From: an uncultured Planctomycetaceae bacterium
GTDB taxonomy: Bacteria > Planctomycetota > UBA8742 > UBA2392
DNA: 64,000 nucleotides
Assembly: GCA_964652605.1 (NCBI GenBank)
Contig: CAZZBH010000003.1
Span: 7,800-71,799, forward strand
Reading direction: 5' to 3'
The notes beneath the pieces were generated by a model. The model did no database searches and was not told the origin of the DNA. It saw nothing but the letters and a program-made list of their open reading frames with translations. The translations under genes and the position numbers were made by a program. The first letter of the stretch is position 1. Each line of letters starts with the position of its first letter. Shown here piece by piece: positions 46,847 through 55,361 of the stretch.

Positions 46847-47822
46847 GCTGCACATCAAGCGCGAATTCAACGCTCAGCGTACCATGGTCTGGCAGGCGTG
46901 GACCGACACCCGGCACCTTCCGTACTGGTGGGGGCCCAAAGGCATGCCGACCAGTGTGATCAGCGCGGACGTACGCGTCGGCGGCGACTTCCGGTACAGC
47001 ATGCAGCGGCCCGACGGCACGACGATGTGGGGCAAATTCACGTACAAGGAAATCAGGGCGCCAGAAAAGCTGGTGTGGATCAATTCGTTCACCGACGACA
47101 AAGGCAACGTAATCCGTGCGCCATTTGGCGGTCCGTGGGACAAGTGGCCGCTGGAAATCGAATACACGATCACGCTGACAGAAACAAACGGCCGCACGGC
47201 CCTTGAGCTGCGCGGCGTGCCGATCAACACCGACGAAGCCGGATGGGCCGTCTTCCGCGAGATGCACGACAACGTCACCGCGGGGTTCAACGCCACCATG
47301 GACCAGCTCGAGTACTTCCTGCGTGGCGGCTCGACAGTCACCAATTCTGACACGTTCAAGCTCGACCTGGTCGGAGATACCGAAATTGAGACCAGCCGCG
47401 TGTTTGATGCCCCAAAGCGGCTTGTCTATCTGGCGCACACAACCGCCGAACACATCCAGCGCTGGTGGGGGCCGCGCGGCATGGAAATCACAGTGCCGTT
47501 GATGGATTTCAGAAAAGGCGGCAGGTACCGCATTGTTCATCGCGATCCGCAGGGCAACGAGTATGCCTTTCGCGGCGAGTACCTCGAAATAGTGCCGGAA
47601 GAGCGGCTGTCGATGACCTTTGAGTTTGAGGGCATGCCGGGACACATAGCGATTGAAACTCTGCATTTTACAGAAGCGGGCGGCCGGACAACTCTAAGCT
47701 CGACAATGAAGTTCAAATCGAAGAGTGACCGCGACGGAATGGCGCAATCCGGCATGGAGTCAGGCGCAAGACAGACCTGGGACCGGCTGGAAGAGCTCCT
47801 GTCCCAGTTCCAGGCGAAGTAA
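46827..47822 (+). CDS. tandem SRPBCC/AHSA1 (Aha1-like) domain protein
   Basis: Two copies of the AHSA1-type pattern (VWQAWTDTRHLPYWWGPKG... and AEHIQRWWGPRG...). Overlaps the arsR-family stop by 20 nt. Confidence 0.8.
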   Translation: MAATMIELHIKREFNAQRTMVWQAWTDTRHLPYWWGPKGMPTSVISADVRVGGDFRYSMQRPDGTTMWGKFTYKEIRAPEKLVWINSFTDDKGNVIRAPFGGPWDKWPLEIEYTITLTETNGRTALELRGVPINTDEAGWAVFREMHDNVTAGFNATMDQLEYFLRGGSTVTNSDTFKLDLVGDTEIETSRVFDAPKRLVYLAHTTAEHIQRWWGPRGMEITVPLMDFRKGGRYRIVHRDPQGNEYAFRGEYLEIVPEERLSMTFEFEGMPGHIAIETLHFTEAGGRTTLSSTMKFKSKSDRDGMAQSGMESGARQTWDRLEELLSQFQAK

Positions 47823-47893
47823 GTCAGGATGGCGAGGGTGAAAAGTTGCGCGGCCTTGACTTTGCCGCGCAAGGATAAAACGAAAGGAAAACC

Positions 47894-48478
47894 ATGAAGC
47901 GAAGCATTCTTACATTGTCGTCGGCAATCGCAGTAGTCGTGCTCGCCGGCCTGATTCCTGCGCTGTCACAGGACGCTTCGGAGGAAAGAAAGAAGCCGGC
48001 CAATCCGAACCAGCCGGGTGCCGAGCACGCATGGCTGGCAGAAGACGCAGGCGAGTGGACGATCAGGGCGAAGATGTTTCAGCCGGGAACGAACCAGACC
48101 TTCGTAGTAGTCGGCAAATCCAAAATGGAAATGCTCTGGGGTCGCTACCTGAAAGAAGAGTTTTCCATCGGCGAGGGCGACTTTGTGATGCGGGGCATCG
48201 GGTTGTTGGCATTTGACGTCCAGACCGGCGAGTTTATGTCCGTGTACTGTCTGAACACCGGCACGTCGATGTCGCTTTCAACGGGCGCGTTGAAGGATGA
48301 CGTGCTGACCTTGTCGAACGAGCAAGCCGGTCCGGACAAAGTAAAGATCGTCAGTCGCAGCGTCGTCACCCGCAAGTCCAGGGATGAACGCATTGTTAAG
48401 TACTTTGTCAAACGCGGTGACAACCCGGAGGAGCAGAAGTTCGAAATGACTTACACGCGAGTCGGCAAGAGTGAGTAG
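47894..48478 (+). CDS. secreted DUF1579-like protein
   Basis: Signal peptide MKRSILTLSSAIAVVVLAGLIPALSQ. Pattern EHAWLAEDAGEWT...MLWGRYL...F... recalled as DUF1579-like. This family commonly sits beside ArsR/AHSA1 genes. Confidence 0.55.
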   Translation: MKRSILTLSSAIAVVVLAGLIPALSQDASEERKKPANPNQPGAEHAWLAEDAGEWTIRAKMFQPGTNQTFVVVGKSKMEMLWGRYLKEEFSIGEGDFVMRGIGLLAFDVQTGEFMSVYCLNTGTSMSLSTGALKDDVLTLSNEQAGPDKVKIVSRSVVTRKSRDERIVKYFVKRGDNPEEQKFEMTYTRVGKSE

Positions 48479-48490
48479 GTGGAGAGTCCA

Positions 48491-49288
48491 ATGCCGAAGG
48501 TCCAGTCAAAAGACGGCACTACAATTGCGTACGACAAACTCGGAAGCGGGCCGTCGCTGATTCTTGTGGACGGAGCCCTGTGCTACCGTGCATCTGGCCC
48601 GAACCAGCCGCTGGCTGAGCTGCTGGCATCGCAATTCACCGTGTACACCTACGACCGCCGCGGCCGGGGCGAGAGCACCAATGAGTTGCCGTATGCCGTT
48701 CAGCGCGAGGTAGAGGATATTGAAGCGCTGATGCACGAAGCCGGCGGCAGCGCGCACCTGTACGGTATCTCGTCCGGCGCCGCACTGGCACTGGAGGCCG
48801 CGCAAGCCGGCTTGCCGGTTCGTAAACTGGCACTGTACGAGGCGCCGTTCATGGTCGATGACACGCGCCGCCCGGTGCCCGCCGACTACCTGGACCGGCT
48901 GAACGCAATGCTTGCCGAGAACCGTCGCGGCGCGGCCGTCAAACACTTCATGAAAAATGCGGTCGGGTTGCCGGGAATTATTGTTGCGTTGTTCGGGTTC
49001 ATGCCCGGCTGGTCCAAGCTCAAGGGCGTCGCGCACACGCTGCCTTATGACGCGCAGATTCTCGGCGACACCGTCTTCTGCAAACCGCTACCGAAAGACC
49101 GCTGGGCGGCGGTGAAGATTTCCACGCTCGTGATCGGCGGCAGCAAGAGCCAGAAGTGGATTCGCAACGCAAACGTCGAACTCGCCAAGATCCTGCCGAA
49201 CGCGCGGCACCAGACGCTGGAGGGCCAGACGCATATCGTGAAACCGGGGGCGTTGGCGCCCGTCCTGGAGGAGTTCTTCAGGAGCTGA
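48491..49288 (+). CDS. alpha/beta hydrolase
   Basis: LILVDGA..., nucleophile elbow YGISSGA, C-terminal GQTHIV (His). Confidence 0.8.
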   Translation: MPKVQSKDGTTIAYDKLGSGPSLILVDGALCYRASGPNQPLAELLASQFTVYTYDRRGRGESTNELPYAVQREVEDIEALMHEAGGSAHLYGISSGAALALEAAQAGLPVRKLALYEAPFMVDDTRRPVPADYLDRLNAMLAENRRGAAVKHFMKNAVGLPGIIVALFGFMPGWSKLKGVAHTLPYDAQILGDTVFCKPLPKDRWAAVKISTLVIGGSKSQKWIRNANVELAKILPNARHQTLEGQTHIVKPGALAPVLEEFFRS

Positions 49289-49414
49289 TGGGCGGGAACA
49301 GGAACAGAGGAACCGCCCGTATGCACTACTTCACTTTGTTCTGGGAGAAGTTCTGGATTGACAGTTTCGCCCGCCTCGACGCCCTGATAAAGGCGCTGCA
49401 ATCGGAGAACGACT

Positions 49415-50335
49415 ATGGCAACCAATGCACCTGCGCGGGAACTTGTGATCACCCGCGTGTTTGACGCGCCGCGCGACCTTGTGTGGGACGCGTGGACCAA
49501 ACCCGCACACTTCATGAAATGGTGGGGCCCGCGCGAGTTCACCGCGCCCGTCTGCAAGATGGATGTGCGCAAGGGCGGGCGCTACCACTGGCTGATGCGC
49601 GGCCCGGACGGCAAGGACTACTGGACCGCGGGCGAGTTCACAGCCGTCGAGCCGAAGTCGCGCCTCGTCTACACCGACAACTTCGCGGACGAAAAGGGCA
49701 ACGTCGTGCCGGCTTCGCACTATGGCTTAGGCGGCGACTGGCCCGAGACAACGATCGTGACGATCACGCTGGATGACCTCGGCGGCCGCACAAGGATGAC
49801 GCTGCGCCACGAAGGCCTGCCGGCTGGAGAGATGAGCGACATGACAGGCATGGGGTGGATGGAGAGCTTCGACAAGATGGCTGAAGCGCTGGCAGCCGCG
49901 GACGAAATCGTGCTGACGCGGGTATTCGACGCGCCGCGCGAGAAGGTGTGGAAGGCGATGACGGACCCCGCGCTGATCCCGAATTGGTGGGGCCCCAACG
50001 GGTTCACCACCACGATCAAGAGCATGGATTTCAAGGTGGGCGGCGCGTGGCTGTACACCATGCACGGCCCCGACGGCAAGGATTACCCCAACGCGGTGAA
50101 GTACCTCGAAATTGAAAAGCCGTCACGCATGGTATTCGACCACGGCGAAGAGATCGGCAAGCCGTGGTTCCGCACCACCATAAGCTTGATCGAGCAGGGC
50201 AACAGAACGCACGTCGTACTGCTGCAGAAGCACCCCAGCAAGCACAGGCGCGACCAGGTCGTGCGCGACTTCGGCGCCATCGAGGGCGGCAGGCAGACGC
50301 TGGCCAGACTGGCGGAGCACCTGGCGGCAGCGTGA
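49415..50335 (+). CDS. tandem SRPBCC/AHSA1 domain protein (second paralogue)
   Basis: ELVITRVFDAPRDLVWDAWTKPAHFMKWWGPREF and EIVLTRVFDAPREKVWKAMTDPALIPNWWGPNGF. Confidence 0.8.
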   Translation: MATNAPARELVITRVFDAPRDLVWDAWTKPAHFMKWWGPREFTAPVCKMDVRKGGRYHWLMRGPDGKDYWTAGEFTAVEPKSRLVYTDNFADEKGNVVPASHYGLGGDWPETTIVTITLDDLGGRTRMTLRHEGLPAGEMSDMTGMGWMESFDKMAEALAAADEIVLTRVFDAPREKVWKAMTDPALIPNWWGPNGFTTTIKSMDFKVGGAWLYTMHGPDGKDYPNAVKYLEIEKPSRMVFDHGEEIGKPWFRTTISLIEQGNRTHVVLLQKHPSKHRRDQVVRDFGAIEGGRQTLARLAEHLAAA

Positions 50336-50340
50336 ACGGC

Positions 50341-50440
50341 GGTTTGAAACACAGAGTCACGGAGACACAGAGAACAGCAGAATCAAACGCCGGCCCGGAA
50401 GGGTCGGCACCGCAAGCGCCCTCTGTGTCTCTGTGGTCGA
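50341..50440. repeat. heptad-arm inverted-repeat intergenic element, copy B
   Basis: Left arm ggtttgaaacacagagtcacggagacacagagaac. Internal hairpin gccggccc-ggaa-gggtcggc. Right arm ccctctgtgtctctgtggtcga. Confidence 0.8.
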
Positions 50441-50456
50441 TCCAATGGAGCCAGCC

Positions 50457-50966
50457 ATGCAGAAGAAGGAAAGTGCAACATCCATCGGACTACTGATTCT
50501 AAGAATCGGCGTTGGCGGCTATATGCTCAGCCACGGGTGGGGCAAGTTTCAGATGGTGCTCGACGGCAACTACGCCATGTTCGGCGACCCGATCGGCATC
50601 GGCCCGCACGCAAGCCTGATTCTCACAGCATTCGCGGAGTTCGCCTGCGCGGCGCTGGTTGTCGTCGGCTTGGGCACAAGGCTAGCCGCGATTCCGCTGG
50701 TGATTGCGATGGGGGTTGCCGCGTTCGTCGCCCACGGCGCCGACCCGTGGTCCATGGAAACCGCCGCGATCCGCTTCATGTCCGGCGAGTCCGAAAGCTG
50801 GGGCAGCAAAGAACCCGCCCTGCTGTTCCTGATCCCGTTTCTAGCCATAGCGTTCACAGGCCCCGGCCGGTACGCGCTAGACACACTCGTGCTCGTATGG
50901 TGGCAAAGGCGCCACGGCAAGCCCGAGTCTGCCACGGCGGCAGGCAGTTCCTCGCCCGCCGTGTGA
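50457..50966 (+). CDS. DoxX-family membrane protein
   Basis: SIGLLILRIGVGGYMLSHGWGKF plus four TM helices. Start at ATG 50457 or 50445. Confidence 0.8.
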   Translation: MQKKESATSIGLLILRIGVGGYMLSHGWGKFQMVLDGNYAMFGDPIGIGPHASLILTAFAEFACAALVVVGLGTRLAAIPLVIAMGVAAFVAHGADPWSMETAAIRFMSGESESWGSKEPALLFLIPFLAIAFTGPGRYALDTLVLVWWQRRHGKPESATAAGSSSPAV

Positions 50967-50990
50967 AATTTCGGTAACCGAAATGAACAC

Positions 50991-51060
50991 GGTTTCAACC
51001 ACAGTGTCATGGAGTCACGGAGAAAGCGGCAATCAAGGGCCGACCCAGAAGGGTCGGCAA
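50991..51060. repeat. heptad-arm element, copy C (left half only)
   Basis: ggtttcaaccacagtgtcatggagtcacggagaaagcggcaatcaagggccgacccagaagggtcggcaa aligns without gaps to the first 70 nt of copy B at roughly 80% identity. No right arm is found. Confidence 0.7.
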
Positions 51061-51185
51061 CCTGACAACCCGGGCTTCCCAGTCGTCGGTGTTCATGTGT
51101 TGCATGTCCCGCTGTTCGTCCTCAGCCATCGACTCTAGCGTGGCCTCGACAGACGCAACAACTCTTTCGCTGGATGGGCAAATCG

Positions 51186-51293
51186 CTAAGCCTCTACCGC
51201 CTGCTTGCTGAAGTGTCTTATCAGTAGGTCTCTGGCTTGGTCAATCAGCCAGTTTGGTGTGCTGCTTCCCGACAAATTGCCTGTGCGGTGCCA
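51186..51293 (-). pseudogene. detached duplicate of the ispH 3' end (last ~35 codons plus stop)
   Basis: Gapless manual alignment to 53899-54006 gives about 86/106 identical nt. It encodes HRTGNLSGSSTPNWLIDQARDLLIRHFSKQAVEA*, against HRIGILAGASTPNWLIDQARDLLIEHFSKQAVEA* in the intact gene. Confidence 0.8.
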
Positions 51294-51345
51294 GCGCGGG
51301 TAGCTAAGCTGGCATAACCCCGGGGTACCCCTTGTGGAGCAATCC

Positions 51346-53835
51346 ATGCGTACCCGAATTTTCGTTGCCACAACACTGGTGTTCGTCGTCGCTGGCGCAA
51401 TGGGACGGGCGCAGGAGGCGCCACCCAAGATCGACCTGCTCACGGAAGCGGCCAAGCTCGTCGTTGACCCAACCGGCGGTGAGTGTGTTGAGTTTGTGGC
51501 AAAGGCGTACTCCTGTTGGGGCGGAAGCGGCGAAGCCAAGAAGATCGGTTGGTTGTACCGCGACGAAGAAGGCAACCCCCAAAAACTGCTCGACATCGAC
51601 GGGCCGTGGCACGAGCTGCCTTCGAAGTTCGAAAAGGTGGATTTTGTTGAGCTGTGCAAGAAGCGATTCGCAGCAGAGGCCGGCGAAGAACCTTTTTCAG
51701 CCATGCAGGACACGGCGGCAGGCGCCAGTGCGCCCATTCCGCCGTTCGTAGCCGGCGCCTGGTTGAACAGGCTTGGGCAGCGGGAGTTGGCGCGAAAAGC
51801 CACGGAAGGCTATGAACGTCGCGACGAGGCCGATGCCCTGCGAGCGTTCAAGGAAGAATTGGCGTGGCGATCCTACGCCAGTGCAGCCCATGCATACATC
51901 AACGGCGATGACAGCCAGGCGCTTCATTACGCAGATCGGTTCACGCATAGGTATGCCAGCTTCGACGAGGAATTCGGGACGCCCGCTTCGGTGATTCACG
52001 CCGAACTGAAGAGGCGCGAGAAGGCTGGAACAACAGGGAAGTACAAACCAACCGAGTATGACGAAGAGACGTGGGAGCCCAAAGCCACGCTGCCAGAAGG
52101 GTTCGGTGACTGGACAGCGGCGAACAAGACCGCGTGGCTGATCGGCGAGCTCGAAAACGTAGATGCGAGGCAATGGGGCCAGCCTGGCGGCGTGAATCTC
52201 GGCTCGGATTGGCGAGTCGCGGAATTGATCAAGGTTGGCGAACCTGCAGTACCGACGCTCATTGACACCATTGAAAAAGACGGGCGACTCACGCGGAGTA
52301 TGCACTTCTGGCGCGACTTCGCGACGCACCGAACGGTGCTATCCGTTCGCGAGGCCGCGCTGGTTGCGGTGATGACAATCCTTCAGGTGTCGTTTTTCGA
52401 TGCGGCATCCACGGGCGACAGCTTCTCGGCGAGAGGTGAAGAAGCCGCGAAAAAGACAGCAGCCAAGCTGCGCAAGTACTGGGAGGAGTACGGAAAGTAC
52501 GCATACGACGAGCGCATGATGAAGGTGCTCACCAATCCCGAGGCTAGCCTCGATGCTCGCGAGGAAGCCGCCGCGAACCTGGCGTTCCATGGTGAGCGGC
52601 CGGTCCGCGGAACGATGGTCTGGACGTCAAGGAGCCGCTCGGCCCGCAAGGATCCCAATCCGACTGTTGAGAAGTTCAGCAACCCGACCGTCGCCGAGGC
52701 CATTCTCCAAGTGATGGACAAGCGGATTGAAGAAATCGACGCGGAGAACAAGGGACGCGACATGCACTCCTACTACATCCGGCGCGCGATCGACAGGTAT
52801 GCCCACATGCTGTTCGCTCTGGGTGACAACCGGATCGCGTCCGCCGTGCGCCAACGTCATGACAAAGCTGAGATGCCTGCGCTCAAGCGTGGGTATGCAT
52901 GGGCGTGCCTCTGGCTGGACGACCCGGCGCCGTTCAAGGCGTTGTGCCGGCGCTTCGCGGAGGGCAAGGAATCCGGGCTGAGCGGACGAGACGATTTGCG
53001 TCATGCACTTCGAATGCTCGGCTCGGTGCAGTTGGCCGCGGCCGACGAGGCGCTGGCTGCGCTGGCAGAACCGAAGCATTCGCTGCACGCGGCGTTCCGT
53101 GAAGCAGTCTTGCAAAGCAGCGTGACGTGGAGCGACGACGCCCCATGGTTCATGGTGCGGCCCGTGATCCAGCTGCTGCGATCTTTGCTGGACGATACGA
53201 CTGAAAGCGACGTTACATATGTGATTCGCGATGGGGCGTTGGTGGCCGAAACAGCCAACGGGTGGAGTTCAGGTGAAATTCCGGAGTTCCTGAAGGACGC
53301 GAAAAACAGGAAGGACCGCGCGAAGGGCCGTGTCTGCGACGAAGCGGCCATGAAGCTGAACGAACTGGTGATCGGCCTGCCACGCGTCCATCCACTGCTC
53401 AAGGCAAACGATGCATTGATCCAGCAGATGAAGGAGATGATTGACCGTTTCTCTCCCGCGCTGCGGCTGGCAATTGATGCGGAGCGATACGCAATTGGGC
53501 ACTGGCGCCCGGACGTAGCTTGGGTGATCGCGGTAGAGTTGAATAGCGCGGCGACCGCTGACGACGTGGCCAAGGGCAGGGCAATCTTCCACTTGGACGG
53601 AAAGGGGAAACCGGCCGGGATAGACTTGCCGTTGAGGGCGTCGTTAGAGGCAGCGCCGTCATCTGCGGAAGATGCCGAGCCACAGCATGACGAACGGCAA
53701 TGGGTACTTGTCGTGCAGGCTGAAACCGACAGGGACGGCAAGACGTGGTATGGAATCGTCGAGCGTCACGACATCCGCAAAGTTGCAGCCGATCAACTGC
53801 ACGACATCCAACCGCTGGACGCGCACATGGATTGA
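51346..53835 (+). CDS. secreted helical-repeat (HEAT/ARM-like) protein, unknown function
   Basis: GGAGC SD before ATG 51346. Signal peptide MRTRIFVATTLVFVVAGAMGRAQE. Helical composition with HEAT-like segments (REEAAANLAF, LFALGDNRIASAV). Confidence 0.6.
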   Translation: MRTRIFVATTLVFVVAGAMGRAQEAPPKIDLLTEAAKLVVDPTGGECVEFVAKAYSCWGGSGEAKKIGWLYRDEEGNPQKLLDIDGPWHELPSKFEKVDFVELCKKRFAAEAGEEPFSAMQDTAAGASAPIPPFVAGAWLNRLGQRELARKATEGYERRDEADALRAFKEELAWRSYASAAHAYINGDDSQALHYADRFTHRYASFDEEFGTPASVIHAELKRREKAGTTGKYKPTEYDEETWEPKATLPEGFGDWTAANKTAWLIGELENVDARQWGQPGGVNLGSDWRVAELIKVGEPAVPTLIDTIEKDGRLTRSMHFWRDFATHRTVLSVREAALVAVMTILQVSFFDAASTGDSFSARGEEAAKKTAAKLRKYWEEYGKYAYDERMMKVLTNPEASLDAREEAAANLAFHGERPVRGTMVWTSRSRSARKDPNPTVEKFSNPTVAEAILQVMDKRIEEIDAENKGRDMHSYYIRRAIDRYAHMLFALGDNRIASAVRQRHDKAEMPALKRGYAWACLWLDDPAPFKALCRRFAEGKESGLSGRDDLRHALRMLGSVQLAAADEALAALAEPKHSLHAAFREAVLQSSVTWSDDAPWFMVRPVIQLLRSLLDDTTESDVTYVIRDGALVAETANGWSSGEIPEFLKDAKNRKDRAKGRVCDEAAMKLNELVIGLPRVHPLLKANDALIQQMKEMIDRFSPALRLAIDAERYAIGHWRPDVAWVIAVELNSAATADDVAKGRAIFHLDGKGKPAGIDLPLRASLEAAPSSAEDAEPQHDERQWVLVVQAETDRDGKTWYGIVERHDIRKVAADQLHDIQPLDAHMD

Positions 53836-53898
53836 GCAAGTCAAGCCAAGTTGCCCTCGCATCGGCGAGGGCAGCTTTGCCCAGTCCCCCGCTGTTAA

Positions 53899-54852
53899 TC
53901 ACGCCTCTACAGCTTGCTTGCTGAAGTGCTCTATCAGCAGGTCTCTGGCTTGGTCGATCAGCCAGTTGGGTGTGCTGGCTCCGGCTAGGATGCCTATGCG
54001 GTGGGCGTTCTTTAGCTGCTCGAAGTTTATGTCGTGCGGCTTTTCTATCAGCTGCGCCTTGGCGCCGAAGCTTTCGGCCACGATCGCCAGCTTCTTTGTG
54101 TTGCTGCTGGCTTTGCCGCCTATGACGATCACGTGGTCGTTCTGCTTGGCGATGGTCTCGGCGTCTTCCTGGCGCTCGGTGGTCACGTAGCAGATCGTGT
54201 TGAACACGCGCACTTCCTGCGCGCGGGCGAGCAGCGCGTTCACGATCTCGTTGACCTTCTTGAGAATCAGCGTGCTCTGCACCACCACGCCCAGGCGGCG
54301 CTTGTTCTTGGGGATCTTGTACAGGTCGTCCATCCCCTTGATCACCGTGCCCTCGCCCTTGGCGTAGGCGAGGATGCTGATGACCTCCGGGTGCTTGGGG
54401 TCGCCGATGATCACCACGTGGTACTTCTGCTTGTGCAGCAGTTGCGCGTAGTTCTGCGTCACGCGCACGTACGGGCAGGTCGCGTCGATGACTTCGGCGC
54501 CCTTGGCCTTGAACTGATCCTGCATTTCGGGCGGCACGCCGTGGGTGCGGATGATGACGGTGCTGCCCGGGCCGGCGCGCGGGTCCTCGACCTCGTCGAT
54601 GTAATCCACCCCGTACTTCTGGGTCAGCAGGTCGATGGTCTGCGGGTTGTGAATCAGCGGCCCGAAGGTGTACACGGGCCCCGGCTTGGCGTTGGCGGTG
54701 GCCACGGTCTGCTCATAGGCGCGGTCAACGCCCCAGCAATAGCCGCTGTGCTTGGCGATGTTGATCTCTACGGTTCCTGCGTGGTACTGCGTGGTGTCAC
54801 GCAAGTCGCCGGTGTACTTGTTGTGTCCCATCACATTCCTTATGCCGACCAT
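53899..54852 (-). CDS. ispH: 4-hydroxy-3-methylbut-2-enyl diphosphate reductase
   Basis: HSGYCWGVDRAYE, GPLIHNPQ, DATCPYVRV, NTICYVTTERQ, VIVIGGKASSNT. ATG (CAT 54850-54852) is preceded by GGGAG. The ORF opens at TTG 54867. Confidence 0.9.
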   Translation of the reverse strand: MVGIRNVMGHNKYTGDLRDTTQYHAGTVEINIAKHSGYCWGVDRAYEQTVATANAKPGPVYTFGPLIHNPQTIDLLTQKYGVDYIDEVEDPRAGPGSTVIIRTHGVPPEMQDQFKAKGAEVIDATCPYVRVTQNYAQLLHKQKYHVVIIGDPKHPEVISILAYAKGEGTVIKGMDDLYKIPKNKRRLGVVVQSTLILKKVNEIVNALLARAQEVRVFNTICYVTTERQEDAETIAKQNDHVIVIGGKASSNTKKLAIVAESFGAKAQLIEKPHDINFEQLKNAHRIGILAGASTPNWLIDQARDLLIEHFSKQAVEA

Positions 54853-54948
54853 CCTGGGCTCCCGCAATCCGCGGTCACCCCCCGCTTACCTTATCGTACC
54901 AGATCGGCTGTCAATCCGCACTAAATCGTTGTGCCCGGCAGTGCCTAA

Positions 54949-55179
54949 GTTTGCTTCAAGCACCGAGTCATAACTGCGCACCGCAGAGTCGCGGGGACGC
55001 GGAGCACAGCCGCAGAGAACAACGAGCAACGTCCTGCCGGTTCGTGAAAGCCCTGGCGCCAGAGCGATGCGCAGCACCCAGAACGCGGCCGCTTTTCAGC
55101 CCGCCTTCGCAAGGCGCCGCTGGTTGCTGGTGTCAGCCGGCGTGCCGGACAGGCTATCTCGGCGTCTCTGCGGTTTGCC
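54949..55179. repeat. degenerate, GC-enriched copy E of the heptad-arm element
   Basis: Left side gtttgcttcaagcaccgagtcataactgcgcaccgcagagtcgcggggacgcggagcacagccgcagagaac. Right side ggcgtctctgcggtttgcc (reverse complement ggcaaaccgcagagacgcc). Confidence 0.4.
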
Positions 55180-55349
55180 GTTTGGTCGCTCAATGACACT
55201 GATGCCCGCAAACTCAGTCACTACCCTGTGTCCACCTTTGCGGCAAAGAAGTGCCTCACGCGGGGCTCCGCATGCGTGTCGCCTGCGCCCCGCAACGTGT
55301 GACTCTGCCCTCTTGCCGCGTTTTGGACTCGCCTTGCCGTTGAATCATC

Positions 55350-55355
55350 TATAAT
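55350..55355 (+). promoter_or_regulatory. perfect TATAAT -10 box placed for a leaderless transcript
   Basis: TATAAT at 55350-55355 is followed by 6 nt and then ATG 55362. There is no SD and no convincing -35. Confidence 0.3.
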
Positions 55356-55361
55356 GAAACA

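Noticed and set aside
51007-51129. 40-codon minus-strand ORF (MAEDEQRDMQHMNTDDWEARVV...) between repeat copy C and the ispH remnant.
   Set aside because: It runs into and terminates inside the repeat element. It has no SD and no recognisable family, so it is probably non-coding.
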